Source: a virus | Taxonomy: Duplodnaviria; Caudoviricetes | Direction: 5' to 3' (one strand) | Length of the DNA: 38,013 bases | IMG/VR virus record: IMGVR_UViG_3300009678_000039 | Coordinates: 1 to 38,013 of that record | Shown here: positions 35,544-38,013 of the stretch, one piece after another | How the letters are laid out: each line of letters starts with the position of its first letter | How positions within the stretch are numbered: position 1 is the first letter of the stretch | Notes under the pieces: generated by a model | Seen by the model: the letters and a program-made list of their open reading frames with translations, nothing else | Told to the model about the DNA's origin: nothing | The model's database searches: none | Program-made: the position numbers and the translations under genes

Positions 35544-35694
35544 TTTGTCAAATAATTTTCATGCCCTCACATGCTGTTGTGAGCCAGGTTGGAAATTTTA
35601 ATTTCTTTCTCTATTGCAAGTAATTATAGCTTAGTGAGATATGAAAATTACGTTATGTCATAAGATATATTATCAGACTATTTAGGGAGTTAAA

Positions 35695-35838
35695 GTGGAC
35701 AAGCAGATTAAGAAGACCGAAAAGACGGTTAAGAAAGCTGGAAAGCAATTGAAGTCATTAGAAAAGGCAGATAAGAAGCGTGATAAGGTGTGCGATTACG
35801 GCAAGAAAATGAAGTCTAAGAAGAAGAAAAAGAAGTAG
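35695..35838 (+). CDS. 47-aa very lysine-rich protein (not in the ORF track)
   Basis: GTG start after gggag; MDKQIKKTEKTVKKAGKQLKSLEKADKKRDKVCDYGKKMKSKKKKKK. Confidence 0.65.
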   Translation: MDKQIKKTEKTVKKAGKQLKSLEKADKKRDKVCDYGKKMKSKKKKKK

Positions 35839-35909
35839 GCTAAAACCCCCTATGCCTAAACCTATATCAAATAGGGGGAAACAAACCTCTAACTGAAGAG
35901 GTCATGTTT

Positions 35910-36389
35910 TTAAGCATATCTTTCTAGTTTAAAGGAGAAAGTGCTGTTCTCGTTTCTGGTATAGCTCTCTAGGTCTTCCTTGAGAATTACCCACCTGGAA
36001 CCAATACGCCTTCCTTTTAATTGGCCTTTCCATAGCCAATCATACACATGAGTAATAGGTACAGGGCGTTTTAACTCTTCACTTAGAATTTTTGCTACCT
36101 GCAAAACAGAGTACCTTCCCTTTTCAAGATCAAAGAGAAGTTCACCTTCATATCGAATATTATCTCTATTGAACTTTGAAAGTTTGTACTCGTCTAGATT
36201 TTTACGTAGAAAGAAGCTATAGTGAGCGATTTTAATTCCTTTTAATCGTCTCACAAATACAGCAGCATAAAGTGATGGGAGTCTTATTTTGAGATATTCG
36301 GCAGCCTCTATGGTAGATAAATAGTCCCCTTTGGCCTTTAGTTCTTCAATCTTTTTTAAAATCTCTGAGTTCTTCAAATGGCACCTCAT
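35910..36389 (-). CDS. Tandem excisionase/MerR-like (HTH_17) DNA-binding protein
   Basis: YLSTIEAAEYL...LKGIKI and YSVLQVAKIL...VYDWL.KGQLKGRRIGSRWVI..EDL. Confidence 0.8.
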   Translation of the reverse strand: MRCHLKNSEILKKIEELKAKGDYLSTIEAAEYLKIRLPSLYAAVFVRRLKGIKIAHYSFFLRKNLDEYKLSKFNRDNIRYEGELLFDLEKGRYSVLQVAKILSEELKRPVPITHVYDWLWKGQLKGRRIGSRWVILKEDLESYTRNENSTFSFKLERYA

Positions 36390-36543
36390 TATTTGTAAAT
36401 TCTGCTATTATTAGTGCATTCTTCATGCTGGCTGTTTTTTTTGCTTTTTGTAATCTATATATAGTAGGCAACGGTATTTCTGTCATAATAGCAAACTTTT
36501 TGGGAGTTAATCTCTTTTTATATAGATATTCTTTTAATTTCAT
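36346..36543 (-). CDS. Cro-like HTH regulator
   Basis: MKLKEYL...LT.KKFA...I...TIYR......S..NA..I...T...V..EEL; divergent from the nuclease gene. Confidence 0.75.
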   Translation of the reverse strand: MKLKEYLYKKRLTPKKFAIMTEIPLPTIYRLQKAKKTASMKNALIIAEFTNNEVPFEELRDFKKD

Positions 36544-36631
36544 AATATGTGGTCTCGAATTGCTTATAAAGGGATATAGACAGTAAAATAGCGTGCATAT
36601 CTTGTCAAGGAAAAAGAAATGGGGGTTCTCT

Positions 36632-37207
36632 ATGCTCTGGATAAAAGATGGTAAGAAGTATGTGCGTGTCTCAGATGTTCTTCGTCCTTTAAAAGACTTT
36701 TCTGGAATACCAGAAGCGATCTTAGAGAAGAAGCGAGAGATTGGCCAAGATATCCACAAAGCAATAGATGAAGATATCAATGGAACTTTTCCAATTATCT
36801 TCCCAAATACGACTGGTTACTTTGAGAGCTATGATAAATGGGTGCATGAAATCAAGCCCAATTTTGTCGAAACAGAGGCGCGCTATTACGATGACGAGAA
36901 GATGGTTACAGGCTGCGTAGACGCTCTTGCTTTAATGCCAGGGGACAGCCTACCTGTACTACTTGATTGGAAGACCTCTGCCTCAGAAGACCCTGTAGTA
37001 TGGCCTTTACAGGCTCATCTCTACTATTACTTAATCGCCTCGCATAATAGAAAGGTAGCCAAGCGCTTTCTCTTTGTTAAGTTGTCTCGAAATGGAGAAC
37101 TTCCCAAGGTATATCAATATCAATATGACTCTAATTTAATGGCCCATGCGATGGAATTAATTGATAAATTCTGGACTACTTATGATTCTCCTGTTGATAA
37201 AATATGA
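36632..37207 (+). CDS. PD-(D/E)XK exonuclease (lambda-exo/Cas4-like fold)
   Basis: VSDVL, GQDIHKAID, ETE, GCVDAL, LLDWKTS, LQAHLY. Confidence 0.85.
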   Translation: MLWIKDGKKYVRVSDVLRPLKDFSGIPEAILEKKREIGQDIHKAIDEDINGTFPIIFPNTTGYFESYDKWVHEIKPNFVETEARYYDDEKMVTGCVDALALMPGDSLPVLLDWKTSASEDPVVWPLQAHLYYYLIASHNRKVAKRFLFVKLSRNGELPKVYQYQYDSNLMAHAMELIDKFWTTYDSPVDKI

Positions 37208-37237
37208 TAGATTATGATAATCTAACTGTCGTTAAGT

Positions 37238-37271
37238 AAAAGAAAGAAGCCCCTAACTATGAATTAGGGGC
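37238..37271 (-). terminator. Intrinsic terminator on the minus strand
   Basis: GCCCCUAAU-UCAUA-GUUAGGGGC followed by UUCUUUCUUUU; the U-G pair forms only on the minus strand. Confidence 0.6.
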
Positions 37272-37349
37272 CTCACCAAGAAATAAGAAAAAAGAAAGCT
37301 CTTTGGAAGCTTAATTTTTAAAATTCATAAAACAACATACGGAAATCTT

Positions 37350-37523
37350 ATGAACAGCCACAAATTATCAAACGTACCCGAATTAATCAACAGGATCTTT
37401 GATCTAGAACTCGAATTATCCAGAAAAGATGTGCAAATTGACATCCTGGAATTTGAACTCGAAGTTTTGAAAGATCTTGATAAAAAAATTAATTATCACA
37501 ATAAGCATGTCTTTGCGGGGTAA
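37350..37523 (+). CDS. 57-aa hypothetical coiled-coil protein (not in the ORF track)
   Basis: MNSHKLSNVPELINRIFDLELELSRKDVQIDILEFELEVLKDLDKKINYHNKHVFAG. Confidence 0.55.
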   Translation: MNSHKLSNVPELINRIFDLELELSRKDVQIDILEFELEVLKDLDKKINYHNKHVFAG

Positions 37524-37525
37524 TT

Positions 37526-37705
37526 ATGACAATCGGCCCAGTTCCGAGCCAACCAACTAATAACAACACAACCAATGACAATCTGAGGCCACCCTTTTTT
37601 TGTCACCAATGTGGCTATGAAGGCAAAGCCGTACTAGGCATTTTCATGCATTGTCATTGTTGTGAAGATCACACAGATGAAAAAGATTACCAAGAAGGCC
37701 AGTAA
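37526..37705 (+). CDS. 59-aa Zn-finger-like protein (not in the ORF track)
   Basis: MTIGPVPSQPTNNNTTNDNLRPPFFCHQCG...HCHCCEDH; two CxxC pairs. Confidence 0.55.
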   Translation: MTIGPVPSQPTNNNTTNDNLRPPFFCHQCGYEGKAVLGIFMHCHCCEDHTDEKDYQEGQ

Positions 37706-37720
37706 GAAAAGAGAAACAAT

Positions 37721-38013
37721 ATGAATAATTACATACCAATAGAAATAGAACAAAATATACCTACAACAATAATAGAAGAAGCATCAAGCACAGATATCCA
37801 AGTCGTAGATATCGATATAGAGCAGCCAATAACGCAGCTTACAGATCTCATTAGAGAGCTGTTACAAAGGGCTCAGAAATTGGTTGTAAGCGATTCTAGC
37901 ACTCATAATATCAATACGCAGCTATATAAACATGCACGAGAATGGCGCAAGTTAATAGATGCCAAAAGAAAAGAGATGGTAGAGCCATTTAGAGCAAAAA
38001 CCGCTGAAATCAA
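37721..38013 (+). CDS. 5' part of the junction-spanning 221-aa protein
   Basis: MNNYIPIEIEQNIPTT... continues in frame into 1..496. Confidence 0.8.
   Translation, partial: MNNYIPIEIEQNIPTTIIEEASSTDIQVVDIDIEQPITQLTDLIRELLQRAQKLVVSDSSTHNINTQLYKHAREWRKLIDAKRKEMVEPFRAKTAEI
37891..38013. repeat. Terminal direct repeat, right copy
   Basis: Identical to 1-123. Confidence 0.95.

Noticed and set aside
36632-37207. Cas4 / CRISPR-Cas system
   Set aside because: It lacks the four-cysteine Fe-S pattern, and there are no other cas genes or array; it is an ordinary phage PD-(D/E)XK nuclease.

Overview
The window is an apparently complete circular genome (37,890 bp; positions 1-123 recur at 37891-38013) of a podovirus-like tailed dsDNA phage. 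It encodes an N4-gp56-type major capsid protein (MCP), a P22-like portal, adaptor, nozzle and ejection proteins, several tail fibre/spike proteins, TerS and a PBSX-type TerL. It also has a lambda-O-like initiator with a DnaC-like loader, RusA, a PD-(D/E)XK nuclease, GroES and many small proteins. I found no recognisable integrase, polymerase or endolysin. The most striking feature is the capsid gene (minus strand), which is split into three exons. Intron 2 is a 707-nt group I intron with a complete ribozyme core and a LAGLIDADG endonuclease. Only 48 nt upstream lies a 39-nt mini-intron with four in-frame stops. It has group I splice-site signals (P1 with U-G, a perfect 6-bp P10, terminal G) but no catalytic core, and it base-pairs to the intervening micro-exon. 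This suggests that one ribozyme core excises two introns. Also seen: a 255-bp non-autonomous IS200/IS605-type element, two candidate antisense sRNA units, a membrane-protein moron, and indirect hints of an environmental Chlamydiae host. All family assignments come from motif recognition, not database searches.
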